A stretch of 63,090 nucleotides of DNA, counting the filler, from an uncultured Myxococcia bacterium (lineage in GTDB: Bacteria; CAZTWC01): assembly GCA_964617105.1 (NCBI GenBank). It is 5 parts of 5 records of this genome, joined end to end, with 100 filler letters (N's around TTAATTAATTAA, not from the genome) between each part and the next. Parts side by side here need not be neighbours in the genome. Positions count along the whole stretch, not along the records: positions 38,017 to 50,514 come from CAZTWC010000092.1; positions 50,615 to 63,090 come from CAZTWC010000093.1; 3 more parts are not named here. One strand, written 5' to 3'. The translations under genes were made by a program, and so were the position numbers. Below the pieces are notes generated by a model. It was given only the letters and a program-made list of their open reading frames with translations, was not told the DNA's origin and did not search any database. Below are positions 39,757 through 50,792 of the stretch, in pieces; the stretch's first letter is position 1, and every line of letters begins with the position of its first letter.

Positions 39757-41901
39757 ATGGATACTCTTCACTTGGTAATGGTTTTTCATAACCACCAGCC
39801 GGTTGGCAACTTTGACCATGTTTTCGTCCAGGCCTACGACCAGTGCTATAGTCTTTTATTACAATTACTATGGAAACACCCGCGTATAAGAGTTGGTTTG
39901 CATCACTCCGGTCCTCTGTTGGAGTGGATTGAACAGAATCGCCCTCAATATTTTAAAAATATTAATGAATTAGTAGCCAGAGGCCAAATCGAATTAGTGG
40001 GCGGTGGCTTTTATGAGCCTATGCTTTCGGTGTTGAATGATCGGGATGCCCGAGGTCAACTGAAGATGATGAATAATTATCTGGCTAAATATTTCGGAGC
40101 CGAACCCAATGGGATGTGGCTGGCCGAGAGAGTATGGGAGCCGGATTTACCCCGTCCGATTGGAGATGCCGGGCTAAAATATACCTTGTTGGATGATACC
40201 CATTTTTTTGCAGCAGGTTTGCCGGAGGGTACGCTGGGAGGTTACTATCTTACTGAAAAAGCGGGCAAGACTCTGGCCATATTTCCCATTGACAAACTAT
40301 TGCGCTACCTGATCCCTTTCCATCAGTCCTCTGAGATAATAGACTATTTCAAAGGGTTACGAGGTAAGTATCAAGGCGTCACCTATGGTGATGACGGGGA
40401 AAAATTTGGTGTTTGGCCAGGCACTCACAAGTGGGTATGGCAACAGGGTTGGTTGGCCGAATTTTTTAAAGTTCTTGAAGACAACTCAGAATGGCTAAAA
40501 ATGACCCTGCCGACCGAATATATGCAGAAATTTCCTGCCTCCGGCAGAATCTATTTGCCCACCGCTTCTTACCAGGAGATGGGAGAGTGGGCTTTGCCGG
40601 CAGAGGCCATAAATCGGATGGAACACTTTACCGCCAGTTTGGAGGAGTGTAACCTGCTGAAGGGGAACCGTCCCTTTATCAAGGGTGGATTTTGGCAAAA
40701 TTTTCTAAGTAAATATTCCGAATCTAATTTTATCCATAAGAAGATGTTGCGCATCAGTGATCAGTTGGCCCTGGCAAAAACCAGCGTTAAGGAGGATGAC
40801 GACACTGCTCGTAAGGAGTTAAAAGCGGCCCAAAAAGCATTGTTTCGGGGGCAGTGCAATTGCGCTTACTGGCACGGTTTGTTTGGTGGTATCTATCTGA
40901 ATTATCTTCGCCATGCCCTGTATCATAATTTACTTCTGGCTGCCAGACACTTAGCCAACATCAATAATCCTAATGATGGCGTTGAACACCAGGTGAAGAT
41001 ATCCCAAACCGATCTGGATTGCGATGGTCGGGATGAGATACTGCTGGAAGGAGATATCTTTCATCTGTATCTCAAGCCTTCTACCGGTGCTTCGCTTTGC
41101 GAGATCAGTTATCTCCCCGCTCTTTTTAATTTGACCAATATAATCAAGAAGCGCCTTGAGGGATATCATAACAAGATTCAGCAAGAGGAAAAACCCGCCA
41201 CCCAGGATGAGGAAACCGTCTCTATCCACGATTTGGTTAAATTCAAGGAGAAAGGGTTAGAACGCTTTTTAAACTATGATAAAAATGAGCGGTTTTGCTT
41301 TTTAGACCATTTTTACCCTGCTCAAACCAGCCTGGAAAATTTACGGTTTGGCAAGGTTGATGATAGCGGTGATTTTATTGATAGTAACTATTCGCTGTCT
41401 GGCATTCAAGAAAATGAAAAGGATATTGAAGTGCGGTTTAAAGGCCAGGGACAGGTGGGAGATATTAAGGGGCAGATTAAAAAACAGTACTGCTTTCAAA
41501 GAAATAAATTGGCTTTTAAAGTAAAATACAGTTTGACTGGTTTTCAGATGTTAGACCATTTTTTTACCAGTGAGATAAACTTGACTCTTTTGGCAGCTAA
41601 CGCACCTGACCGGTATTTTGTCCTCAATGAAGAATATGAGCAACACCTTTTGTTTGATAAACCCTTAGAAGAAGATAACTGTAACTCTATTACCTTAATT
41701 AATGAGTACGACCGGTTTAGCGTAAAACTGGAGTTTTCTTGCCCCTGCCGCTTATTTTATTATCCAATCGAAACCGTATCCATTTCCGAAGATGGTTTTG
41801 AGCGAACTTTTCAGGGAGCCTGTTTCCTGCCCGCCTTTTCCCTTAACCAGAGTGGAGATACTGATCTGGAGATAGATTTTCAGGTAGTTTCATATCAATA
41901 A
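39757..41901 (+). CDS. GH57 alpha-amylase/4-alpha-glucanotransferase
   Basis: HNHQPVGN, GGGFYEP, GMWLAERVW, DDGEKFG, ASYQEM, YWHGLFGG. Confidence 0.94.
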   Translation: MDTLHLVMVFHNHQPVGNFDHVFVQAYDQCYSLLLQLLWKHPRIRVGLHHSGPLLEWIEQNRPQYFKNINELVARGQIELVGGGFYEPMLSVLNDRDARGQLKMMNNYLAKYFGAEPNGMWLAERVWEPDLPRPIGDAGLKYTLLDDTHFFAAGLPEGTLGGYYLTEKAGKTLAIFPIDKLLRYLIPFHQSSEIIDYFKGLRGKYQGVTYGDDGEKFGVWPGTHKWVWQQGWLAEFFKVLEDNSEWLKMTLPTEYMQKFPASGRIYLPTASYQEMGEWALPAEAINRMEHFTASLEECNLLKGNRPFIKGGFWQNFLSKYSESNFIHKKMLRISDQLALAKTSVKEDDDTARKELKAAQKALFRGQCNCAYWHGLFGGIYLNYLRHALYHNLLLAARHLANINNPNDGVEHQVKISQTDLDCDGRDEILLEGDIFHLYLKPSTGASLCEISYLPALFNLTNIIKKRLEGYHNKIQQEEKPATQDEETVSIHDLVKFKEKGLERFLNYDKNERFCFLDHFYPAQTSLENLRFGKVDDSGDFIDSNYSLSGIQENEKDIEVRFKGQGQVGDIKGQIKKQYCFQRNKLAFKVKYSLTGFQMLDHFFTSEINLTLLAANAPDRYFVLNEEYEQHLLFDKPLEEDNCNSITLINEYDRFSVKLEFSCPCRLFYYPIETVSISEDGFERTFQGACFLPAFSLNQSGDTDLEIDFQVVSYQ

Positions 41902-41955
41902 ATTCATGTTTCCGATCCAGTTAAATCCATTAAAAATCATTTCGAACTTGCCAGC

Positions 41956-41984
41956 TTGACATCCTATTTGCGATCTGGTATTGT
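41956..41984 (+). promoter_or_regulatory. Sigma70-type promoter of hcp
   Basis: TTGACA, 17-bp spacer ending TGG, TATTGT. Confidence 0.55.
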
Positions 41985-42052
41985 AATACCGGATAAAGAA
42001 AATGTGGTAAGTTTTTATGCTAATTATTTCATAATAAAAAAGGAGATAAATT

Positions 42053-43708
42053 ATGAGTATGTTTTGTTATCAGTGTGAACAGACTTCCAAGGAATCTGGT
42101 TGTACCAAAGTTGGAGTATGCGGAAAAGATACAGAAACCGCTTTTATGCAGGATCTATTGATTAATGCTGCCCAGGGTATTTCTATGTATGCACATCGGG
42201 CCAGGGAGTTAGGAGAAAAAGACCCACAGGTTGATAGGTTTATTGTTAAAGCGTTGTTCACCACAGTGACTAATGTAAATTTTGATTCGGTCAAGTTGCA
42301 TGAACTGTTGATAAAAGCTATTAATTTGCGGGATAAAGCCAGTGCTCTCTATCTGGCTGCCTGTGAAAAGCAGGGTAAAGAGCCGGAAATACTGTCTGGA
42401 CCTGCTGTTTTGCAACCGGCTGAAGACTGGATAGGGTTGAGAAAACAGGGAGAAGATATAAGTATAGAAAAGCGCCAGGAATCAATTGGAGAAGATGTGA
42501 CCTCCCTGCAAGAGTTGATCACTTATGGTTTGAAAGGTATGGCTGCCTATGCTGATCATGCCCGGATATTAGGTCAGGAAGATGAGCAGGTTTATGCGTT
42601 TTTTCATCAGGCCCTCGATTTTTTGACCAAACCTGAACCACAAGTTGATGAGTTGGTGGCCATGGCATTGAAGGTTGGAGAGATCAATATAAAGGTGATG
42701 GAACTACTCAATAAGGCCAACACTGGAGCCTATGGAACTCCCGAGCCAACCAGTGTCAGGGTGACGCCGGTTAAAGGTAAGGCAATATTGATTTCAGGCC
42801 ATGATCTCAAAGATTTAGAAGAACTGCTCAAGCAGACCGAAGGCAAAGGAATCAATGTCTATACCCATAGCGAAATGTTGCCCGCCCATGGTTACCCCGG
42901 TTTGAAGAAATATAAACACCTGGTTGGCAATTATGGCGGCGCCTGGCAGGATCAGCGTAAAGAGTTTGAACAGTTTCCCGGACCCATCTTGATGACTACC
43001 AATTGTATTCAAAAACCCAAAGAGAGTTACAAATCCAGGATTTTTACCACCGGTTTGGTGGCCTGGCCAGATGTCCTGCACTTTAGAAATCATGAGTTTA
43101 TGCCTCTGATAGAAACTGCTCTGATGGAAGAGGGTTTTGTTGAAGAAGGCCCTGAAAAGAATATTATGGTTGGTTTTGGGCATGATGCTGTGCTGGGTGT
43201 GGCCGATAAGGTGATTGCAGCGGTAAAAAGCGGAGATATAAAACACTTTTTTTTGATAGGTGGTTGTGATGGGGCCAAATCTGGCCGTAACTATTACACC
43301 GAGTTTGCTGAACAAACTCCTGATGACACCGTAATTCTCACTCTGGCCTGTGGAAAATACCGGTTTAACAAACTCGACTTTGGTGATATTGGCGGCATCC
43401 CCCGTTTGCTGGACATCGGTCAATGTAATGATGCGTACTCGGCGGTCCGCATCGCTTTGGCCCTGGCGGATGCCTTTGAAACTGATGTAAACAGTCTTCC
43501 TCTTTCGTTTATTTTATCCTGGTATGAGCAAAAGGCGGTTTGTATCTTGCTGAGTCTTCTGCATCTGGGAATTAAGAATATCCGACTGGGACCGAGTTTG
43601 CCAGCCTTTGTTAGCCCGGCGGTGCTCAATGTTTTAGTAGAAAACTACAATATTATGCCAATTAAAACCGCTAAAGAGGATCTGCAGGATATTTTATCGG
43701 GGAGATAG
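42053..43708 (+). CDS. hcp: Hybrid cluster protein (hydroxylamine reductase)
   Basis: MFCYQCEQT..GC..GVCGK, SGHDL, HSEMLPAH, GGCDG, ACGKY, GQCND, SWYEQKA. Confidence 0.97.
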   Translation: MSMFCYQCEQTSKESGCTKVGVCGKDTETAFMQDLLINAAQGISMYAHRARELGEKDPQVDRFIVKALFTTVTNVNFDSVKLHELLIKAINLRDKASALYLAACEKQGKEPEILSGPAVLQPAEDWIGLRKQGEDISIEKRQESIGEDVTSLQELITYGLKGMAAYADHARILGQEDEQVYAFFHQALDFLTKPEPQVDELVAMALKVGEINIKVMELLNKANTGAYGTPEPTSVRVTPVKGKAILISGHDLKDLEELLKQTEGKGINVYTHSEMLPAHGYPGLKKYKHLVGNYGGAWQDQRKEFEQFPGPILMTTNCIQKPKESYKSRIFTTGLVAWPDVLHFRNHEFMPLIETALMEEGFVEEGPEKNIMVGFGHDAVLGVADKVIAAVKSGDIKHFFLIGGCDGAKSGRNYYTEFAEQTPDDTVILTLACGKYRFNKLDFGDIGGIPRLLDIGQCNDAYSAVRIALALADAFETDVNSLPLSFILSWYEQKAVCILLSLLHLGIKNIRLGPSLPAFVSPAVLNVLVENYNIMPIKTAKEDLQDILSGR

Positions 43709-43861
43709 ACCGGTTTTACCGTCGGAACCTCCGTTTCTGGTTGGAAGAGGGGGGGTTCCGGTCGGTGATGTAAGGGCATAACTTTTATCTGGTCTTCTGC
43801 TCTGGGTTCTGGTAATATGTGTTTGAAAATTTACTCTGATTACAGTCATTTTTGTATCTGA

Positions 43862-44104
43862 ATGGCATCAAAAAAACCTGCTTTACAAAAAGATAAAATA
43901 AAAAATAATCACCCAGACAAATCCTCGCAGAACTCAGCGGAAATGACTCACCATGTTCTAGGGGAACTGGTGCAACTGCTTTATAATATTCCAGAAGACA
44001 AGATTAAGGAATCTCTGGACATACAGAAGAAACTGGGTCGCAAACTGGGAACGGTGGTTATGGAGCTGATGCGGTGGCACCCAAGTATATGGACAATGGT
44101 ATAA
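43862..44104 (+). pseudogene. Probable 5' gene remnant with degenerate MshEN/GspE-N-like motif
   Basis: VLGELVQLLYNIPEDKIKESLDIQKKLGRKLGTVVMEL resembles RLGxxL..QxxxGxxLG. Confidence 0.4.
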
Positions 44105-44544
44105 AAAATGTTCTCAAGGAGTTAAATGCTTATGTTAAGACTTTTTGTATAGGGGAACAGGGCGGTTCTTTTCCATGGCATATGACCAAGGCGTCTGAAT
44201 ACTTCAACCGGCGCAGTGCAGTTTCTTTGAGGATTAAATATAACATGCTGGGTTATCCGGAAAACCGTTTGCGGGATAATGTGATCAGGTCTATCCGTAA
44301 TCGTAAAACACCGGCAGTGATCGGAACCGGCTGGCTGGCGCATTATCCGATGGCCTATGCCTATGCTGAGAGAAGCAGAGAAAAAGTGGTGGGGTGCGGC
44401 CGGTGGCAGGTATGCATTAGAAGTACTGAATATGATCGTTACTTCAAAATAAATCAGGGCTGGGGTTACGGTCACCGGGATGGTGAGTGGATTAGCGCCA
44501 AAACCTGGTTTAGCGGTGAGATATCTCACAATGGGCAGTTTTAA
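44074..44544 (+). pseudogene. Probable C-terminal remnant of a papain-like cysteine peptidase
   Basis: PAVIG..AHYPMAYAY and INQGWG His/Asn motifs; no catalytic-Cys half and no good start. Confidence 0.45.
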
Positions 44545-44595
44545 CCAGGGAATTATTTGAATACGAATTTATGGGTCGTAAAAGGGAATTAACTT

Positions 44596-45216
44596 TTAGG
44601 ACCCATTTTTTTTGGGAACTATTTGAAAAATCACCTTGCCCTGGCGTTTCCCTACCTTAAATTCAACCTCCTGGCAGTTATACTGCTGGTATATTTTCGG
44701 CAGTTGGTTGCCTATCTTTTTGGCCAAATCACCAAAAGTTACCTTCTCAACTTTTTCCCGGTTGGCTATTTTAGCTTTAATATAATCCTGGTAAGTTGTT
44801 TTTAGTTTTTTCAAATAAGAGAGCGAAGATGGTTTGGATAAGGGCGGTGGACCAGGAGGGGAAACCGGGGAAGGTTCTGTACCATTTTCAGAATTGGTTT
44901 CTGGTTCAGAAGCAGATATGGAGGCTATTTTCTGATGTTTTTGCAGACGATAGTTATCGAGTTTTGAATTTCCCCGCTCTATTTGATTGTTAAGCCGGCG
45001 CCACAGTTGGTCCATAGAGTTGAAACGCATCAAGATAGAGTTAAGTTTGAATTTAAAAGCGGTATTTTTGGATGGCTTATTTTTTAATTGATTAATATAA
45101 TTTTGTAATTGGTCATATTCTTCCAGGGGAGGAAATTTATTCACCCCTATATGGTAGAGATTATATTGGGTTTTTAGACTGTTCAGTTGTTTTTCCAATT
45201 GGTCCAATTTTTCCAT
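44596..45216 (-). CDS. MXAN_5187 C-terminal-domain-like protein
   Basis: LKTQYNLYHIG..PP..NTAFKFKLNS..W..IERG, Pro linker, YQDYIKAK..VEFKV..GKV. Confidence 0.7.
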   Translation of the reverse strand: MEKLDQLEKQLNSLKTQYNLYHIGVNKFPPLEEYDQLQNYINQLKNKPSKNTAFKFKLNSILMRFNSMDQLWRRLNNQIERGNSKLDNYRLQKHQKIASISASEPETNSENGTEPSPVSPPGPPPLSKPSSLSYLKKLKTTYQDYIKAKIANREKVEKVTFGDLAKKIGNQLPKIYQQYNCQEVEFKVGKRQGKVIFQIVPKKNGS

Positions 45217-45314
45217 AAAATAATAGTATTTACTAATGGTAAAAATGTCCAGTTTTCTTTGCAACCATAAAAGAAAAATGTTATATATTAAAAAGTCAGG
45301 ATATTACTTTTCGT

Positions 45315-46403
45315 ATGGGAGATAACGTGAATAAAAACAGATACTTAATTGTGGCGTTAGTTTTATTGACTTTGATAGCGTTTGGCTCGGCAAATAGGGT
45401 GTTGGCAGCAAAAAAAGAGAAGATAAATAAAATTTCACTCTATACAAAAGGTGGAATAGAGTTGCGTATCGACTTGCGGTTTTACACTATGATGGCTATG
45501 TTCAACGCCATGGGTTACGACCATGAAACCCGTTGGCGCCAGCAACCTTTTAAACATCTGATAATGCATGGTCTTCGAGATGTAGTTAGAAACAGCATGG
45601 CCAGAGCCACTTTTGAAGAGGAGAGATTTCAACAGTTTTTAGACAATCATCAATATGAGATGAAAGAATATTTCCTTTATCTGCTCTACTTAAACGGACC
45701 TGGCGACTTTGCACCAAGCAAAAAAATGCCTTTTGATTTAAGGAAAAAATACCGTACCTCCGAAGAAAATTTTGCTGACATATTAAAATCTTTCTTTCAG
45801 TCATCTGATCTGGAAAAATTAGTGAATGATCATGATTTGCAAGAGTGGGAAAAATATGAGATATCCCAATACTTGCCCCATTTTGACCAGCCGATAAAAT
45901 TGTTGGAAGATTTTTTGCGATTGGGGACGGCGGAGACCATTAACACCAGGAAAATAAATGTGATTTTCAATTATTTCGATTCCCATGGAACTTTTTTTCA
46001 CCAGGATATCAAAGATGAGATCTATTTTATTCTAGGACCCCAGGTGAAACCAGCTGTGGATAAGATTGTGTTTACCTATTTCCAGGAGGCTATAACCGGA
46101 CTTCTTAAAGGCCAGGAAAACTTAATGGCCATAAAGGCTCAAAAAATACTCAAGCAACGCTCTAAAAACATAAAAGGTGATCAGAGTGGCAAATATAGTT
46201 CAATCTACCTAAAAATGCTGGTCAAGGCGATTTTTCTACAAATAACCAAGGGAACTGCCAAATTGGCCAGGGAGGCTTATTCCAAAGAGGAAACCAGGCT
46301 GTTAAAGTATTTTCAGGATGAATTATTGCCTCAATATACTGGGCAGAAATTACCCTTTGGCAAATATGTTTCCGAGCAATTTAAGAGTACGCTCAAAAAT
46401 TAA
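45315..46403 (+). CDS. Hypothetical secreted protein
   Basis: 362-aa ORF with signal-peptide-like N-terminus. Confidence 0.7.
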   Translation: MGDNVNKNRYLIVALVLLTLIAFGSANRVLAAKKEKINKISLYTKGGIELRIDLRFYTMMAMFNAMGYDHETRWRQQPFKHLIMHGLRDVVRNSMARATFEEERFQQFLDNHQYEMKEYFLYLLYLNGPGDFAPSKKMPFDLRKKYRTSEENFADILKSFFQSSDLEKLVNDHDLQEWEKYEISQYLPHFDQPIKLLEDFLRLGTAETINTRKINVIFNYFDSHGTFFHQDIKDEIYFILGPQVKPAVDKIVFTYFQEAITGLLKGQENLMAIKAQKILKQRSKNIKGDQSGKYSSIYLKMLVKAIFLQITKGTAKLAREAYSKEETRLLKYFQDELLPQYTGQKLPFGKYVSEQFKSTLKN

Positions 46404-46453
46404 TTCGCACAAATAAGGTTAATTGTAACATATTGTAAATCATTTATTTTCGT

Positions 46454-48988
46454 GTGAACCCTAAAGGACCATGGACTTTGAAGTCAATAAATAAATGGAT
46501 ACTTCTTCTCTCTCTATTTTTCGGCCTGGGTGCCTGTACCGCCCCTTCTGGCAAGGAACCGCCCCGGGCTAAGGCTGGTAAACTCGATCTGAGCGACTGG
46601 GATTTTGACCAGGATGGTCTGGTTCGATTGCAGGGAGAGTGGAAATTCAAGTGGATGGTCGATGAACAGGAGTTTATCAAGCCCGAATTTGATGACCATT
46701 CATGGGATACCACAAAGGTCCCTGCTTCCTGGATATACCAAATCGGTAAAAGCGATGGGTATGGCTGGATGCGGTTGAAGATCAAGTTGAGAAAAAAACA
46801 GAGTTTATACGCATTTATTAAACGTGTTGGTTCCAGTTACCGCCTGTATGCCAATGGTGTGCTTATTATGGAGAACGGCCGGCCTGGAAACAGCAAGCAA
46901 GAAACTTTCGCCCTGCAAAGACCTTCCATGGGCGAATTGCCAGAACACCAGGAGATCACTCTGGCCTGGAAAATCAGTAATTTCCAAGAGTACTACGGTG
47001 GCGCATATTATGCCCCCAAAATAGGCAATCTCCACCATATGTCTACTTCAATGAACCGGAAAAATTACCTGGACTTGTTAGTGCTGGGGATCATACTGAT
47101 CATTGGTATTTATCACTTTATCCTTTGGTTGGGACGGCGCGAAGATAAAGGGAGTTTGTTATTTTGCCTGTTTTGCCTGGAGATGCTGGTGCGTTTGCTG
47201 GCTGTGGAAAGATGGGGAGAGCGCATGTTTCCCGGGGCAGATCTATTTGAAATAAGATCCCGGATAGAGATTGCTACGGTTTTTTCACTCACTGCACCGG
47301 TGATTAGTACTTTTTTCTGTTACCTGTTTCCCCGTCAGTTTTCGCGGCTGTTTCTCCGTATAATTTATGTCTCTTCTGTTCTGCTTGCTCTCTTCTGTTT
47401 TATTATTCCCTCCAGAACCTCTTATGCCTATTTGTGGATTCACCAGTTGGGTATCCTCTCAGCGGGTTTGTGGAGTATATATGCGATTATCCGGGCTGCA
47501 TTAGCCAAAGAGAGGGATTCTTTGGTTTTTATTGCCGGCCTGGCGATATTGGTTTTCGCAATGTTCAATGATGTCCTCCATGCCACCAGCATTATTCATA
47601 CCGCCCATGTTACCCCCGTGGGGCTGGTGGTTTTTATTTTTTTCCAGTCCGCCATCCTGGCCGGCCGTTTCGCCAGAACCTATCACAAATCTGCCAAATT
47701 GACCAAATTGCTGGATGAAGTGCATACTATTGGTATCTCAATAGCCAAAATTACCGTTCTTCAAGAACTACTGGACAAATCATTGGCCGCCATTGTCAAG
47801 TTGGTGGTAGCACGGCGTGGTAGTATTTTTCTTTACGACCCCAAAGTTGGTCAATTGGTAAACTCTTCCCTATACGGCTGGTCTGAGGAAGATAAGGTGC
47901 TCTCTTCTTTTGTGCCAGGCGAAGGGGTGTCTGGTCAGAGTTTTCAGTCGGCTGAAACTATGGTGCTAAACAATGTAAACAACAGTACCTGTTTTATCGG
48001 CGAAGAGGGAGAGATATGGCAGGGAAGCCGTTCTTTGCTAACCATTCCTCTGAAGTACCAGGACAAGGTTTATGGCGTGATCAATATTCAAGACAAATTG
48101 AATTCCTATAATTTTAGTTTTGCTAAAAGAGATATTCACGCAGCGGAAACCATGGCATCTACTATTGGTCTGCAGATTAAAAATCTGGAGTTGTTAAAAG
48201 AAACCGCAGAAAAGGTACAGATGGATTTGGAATTGAAAACGGCTCGGGCAGTGCAAACCTCTCTGTTTCCTCAGAATGAGTACAGTTTTCACAACCTTGG
48301 TTTGGCCGGATATTTTACATCTGCCACTGAAACCGGGGGTGATTGGTACGGATATTTTACTCCAGATGACCGATATCTTTATGTTTTTATTGGCGATGTG
48401 ACCGGCCATGGCGCCGCTGCCGCCCTGGTTACCTCTGGGGTCAGGAGCGCCTGTTACGCGTTGGAAGTTCAAAAAAAACTATACCCACAAGTAGATCTTT
48501 CCCCAACGGCAATCTTGACATATTTGCACGAAATAGTTAAAGAAATTGGCAAAGGAGAGTTTGCGATGACTTTTTTTGTGGCTTGCTACGATTCGAAGAC
48601 CCATGAATTAACTTTCAGTAATGCCGGGCACAACTTTCCCCTCCTTTACATCAAAGAAAAAAATAAAATAGAGGGATTGTTCTGCCGAGGCAACAGTTTG
48701 GGTTCCATATCTTCGATATCATTATCGCACAAGTTTGAATTTGAACAGAAAACCAGACAGTTGAATCCTGGTGATTTTATTGTTTTTTATACCGATGGTT
48801 TAACAGAGTGTGAAAATGATATGGGGCAGGAATATGGCAAAGTTAGATTTCGCAAGAGTTTGCTAAAATTTAAACAATTATCCGCCTCGGATTTAAGGGA
48901 TAAAGTGATAAAAGAGGTGGATAATTTTAGAGGTGATGTTCGTTTAAAAGATGATATTACATTAGTCGTAACAAAAATCTCCGAATAG
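46454..48988 (+). CDS. 7TM-DISM receptor + GAF + SpoIIE (PP2C-type) phosphatase
   Basis: LQGEWKFKW sugar-binding-like domain, 7 TM helices, GAF, TGGDWY, GDVTGHG, NAGH, YTDGLTE, DDITLV. Confidence 0.9.
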   Translation: MNPKGPWTLKSINKWILLLSLFFGLGACTAPSGKEPPRAKAGKLDLSDWDFDQDGLVRLQGEWKFKWMVDEQEFIKPEFDDHSWDTTKVPASWIYQIGKSDGYGWMRLKIKLRKKQSLYAFIKRVGSSYRLYANGVLIMENGRPGNSKQETFALQRPSMGELPEHQEITLAWKISNFQEYYGGAYYAPKIGNLHHMSTSMNRKNYLDLLVLGIILIIGIYHFILWLGRREDKGSLLFCLFCLEMLVRLLAVERWGERMFPGADLFEIRSRIEIATVFSLTAPVISTFFCYLFPRQFSRLFLRIIYVSSVLLALFCFIIPSRTSYAYLWIHQLGILSAGLWSIYAIIRAALAKERDSLVFIAGLAILVFAMFNDVLHATSIIHTAHVTPVGLVVFIFFQSAILAGRFARTYHKSAKLTKLLDEVHTIGISIAKITVLQELLDKSLAAIVKLVVARRGSIFLYDPKVGQLVNSSLYGWSEEDKVLSSFVPGEGVSGQSFQSAETMVLNNVNNSTCFIGEEGEIWQGSRSLLTIPLKYQDKVYGVINIQDKLNSYNFSFAKRDIHAAETMASTIGLQIKNLELLKETAEKVQMDLELKTARAVQTSLFPQNEYSFHNLGLAGYFTSATETGGDWYGYFTPDDRYLYVFIGDVTGHGAAAALVTSGVRSACYALEVQKKLYPQVDLSPTAILTYLHEIVKEIGKGEFAMTFFVACYDSKTHELTFSNAGHNFPLLYIKEKNKIEGLFCRGNSLGSISSISLSHKFEFEQKTRQLNPGDFIVFYTDGLTECENDMGQEYGKVRFRKSLLKFKQLSASDLRDKVIKEVDNFRGDVRLKDDITLVVTKISE

Positions 48989-49003
48989 CCTCGGGCGGCG
49001 ATA

Positions 49004-50514
49004 GTGGCGCATCTACTAATTATGTTTTCTGTACGATTTTTTATTACATTATTATTGTGTCTGGTTTGGCTGATTATTGGCGCTGAAGGTGAGATCCATG
49101 CGGATGAAGGGGCAAATTCGGTCGATTCGCAGCAGCAGGAGATTGACCTGAAGTTGGAGAGTGTCAGGGTAGAAACTCGGCTGCAGTCCATCAACTACAA
49201 ACTCTGCCAGATATATAGCCAAAAGGATCAGTTGCATAATCTGGAACTGGTGGCTGGGAAATTATTCGCTTCAAGAGGGCAGGGTGAAGGTTTCAACCTG
49301 GCTTCTCTCTGTCAATACTGGATGGCCCGTCTGTTTATTGCCCGGTTTGAATATGGCCGGGCCGCCAAAATTCTTCAACAAATAGGAAAAGATCTGGCCT
49401 GGATAAATAATATTGTTCCCGGTTATCTCTACCATGCTCTGTCAGCCTTTGAAAACAATGAAAAAGAGAAGGCCTCCCGAATATTACGCCGAACCAAAGT
49501 GGCAGGTTTAAATCCAGAAGAGAAAAAGATTTACCAAAGGTTACAAATTGGTTTGTCTCGAAAGGCGGCTAAAATAGAAGAACAATCTACCACCGGGTTA
49601 ACCGGGCAGGAAAGAGTTAAACTCTTACAACGATTGCTTAGACAAAGAAACTATCAGCAGGTGATGAAACAAGGATATGCTTGGTTAAAAGAGGGTTGTA
49701 AGTTTTTTACATCCACCTCTAAAGTCAAGAGCGGGTGTGATCAAAAAAAGCTGCAAATTTTCTCGCTTATGCGTCGAGCCATGATCAAAACCCGGTCCCG
49801 AAGTCGGGAAAATCAGGTAATAGAGCGGATGTTGCCCCTGCTTAAAGAGCAATATCAAGCAAAATACTATACTATGCAATATAGGTTGGCCATCAACTTA
49901 TGGAATATTAACCGCGGAGATGATGCTCTCATAACCCTGGAAAAAATGGTGCAAAACCGGAAGATTTCACCTTCTTTAAGAGTTAAGTGTTGTTATGTGG
50001 CCGGCCGGATTCATACTTCCAAGGGAAGATTTAAACCGGCAGAAAAATTCTATAACCTTTTGCTTAAGATTCAGCAGCAGAGAGATGGTGATAAATATGT
50101 GCCTGAAACCCTGCTTAGCCTGGCGCTCAATGCCTATGCCCTGGGCGACTTTAAAAAGTCGCTGGCATATAATAACCAGATAATCTCGCAAATGCCCGGC
50201 TCCCGATACTTAATAAGGGCGGTGTATTGGAAAGCCAAAACTCTGAAAGCCAAAGGAGATTTTTCAGGGGCCAGGCAGGTCTATCAGATGCTTCCCCGGT
50301 TGGCTCCATTTAATTATTATACCTTCCGCTCTTTATCCTATTTGGACAAGGTTAGAGTTCCTGTGGAAATAATTGAACCCAGGCTGCAGCCACCGGCCAT
50401 TGAGGAGGAGAGTGAAACCTTTTGGCATCAATACTCGCTTCTGTTTTTGGCCAGAGAGTTGTTAAAATTGGATCTAAAAAGAGAGGGCCAATATTTAATT
50501 AAAAGGATTGATCA
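49004..50514 (+). CDS. Exported TPR-repeat protein, possibly N-part of a soluble lytic transglycosylase, 3'-truncated
   Basis: Signal peptide, helical repeats, AVYWKAK..A..Y..L...PFNYY pattern; catalytic domain not present in contig. Confidence 0.6.
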
Positions 50515-50614
50515 NNNNNNNNNNNNNNNNNNNNNNNNNNNNNNNNNNNNNNNNNNNNTTAATTAATTAANNNNNNNNNNNNNNNNNNNNNNNNNNNNNN
50601 NNNNNNNNNNNNNN
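50515..50614. other. Artificial contig linker
   Basis: 44 N + TTAATTAATTAA + 44 N. Confidence 0.99.
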
Positions 50615-50792
50615 TATCATTCTAGCCTACCATAACATATAGACCAGATGCTATCAATATTCCCAGCCAAGCGAGCGGGAAAAAACCGACCCGGTTCCAA
50701 CTTATTGTTGCCAAAATTGGCTGAAATTGTGTATGATGTAATATTTATTGTGAATCTTGTTATGATTCCTGATTCTGGGTGTAGGCTTTTTA

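Noticed and set aside
43720-43765. Terminator after hcp
   Set aside because: GC-rich inverted repeat has a long loop and no U-tract; too weak to call
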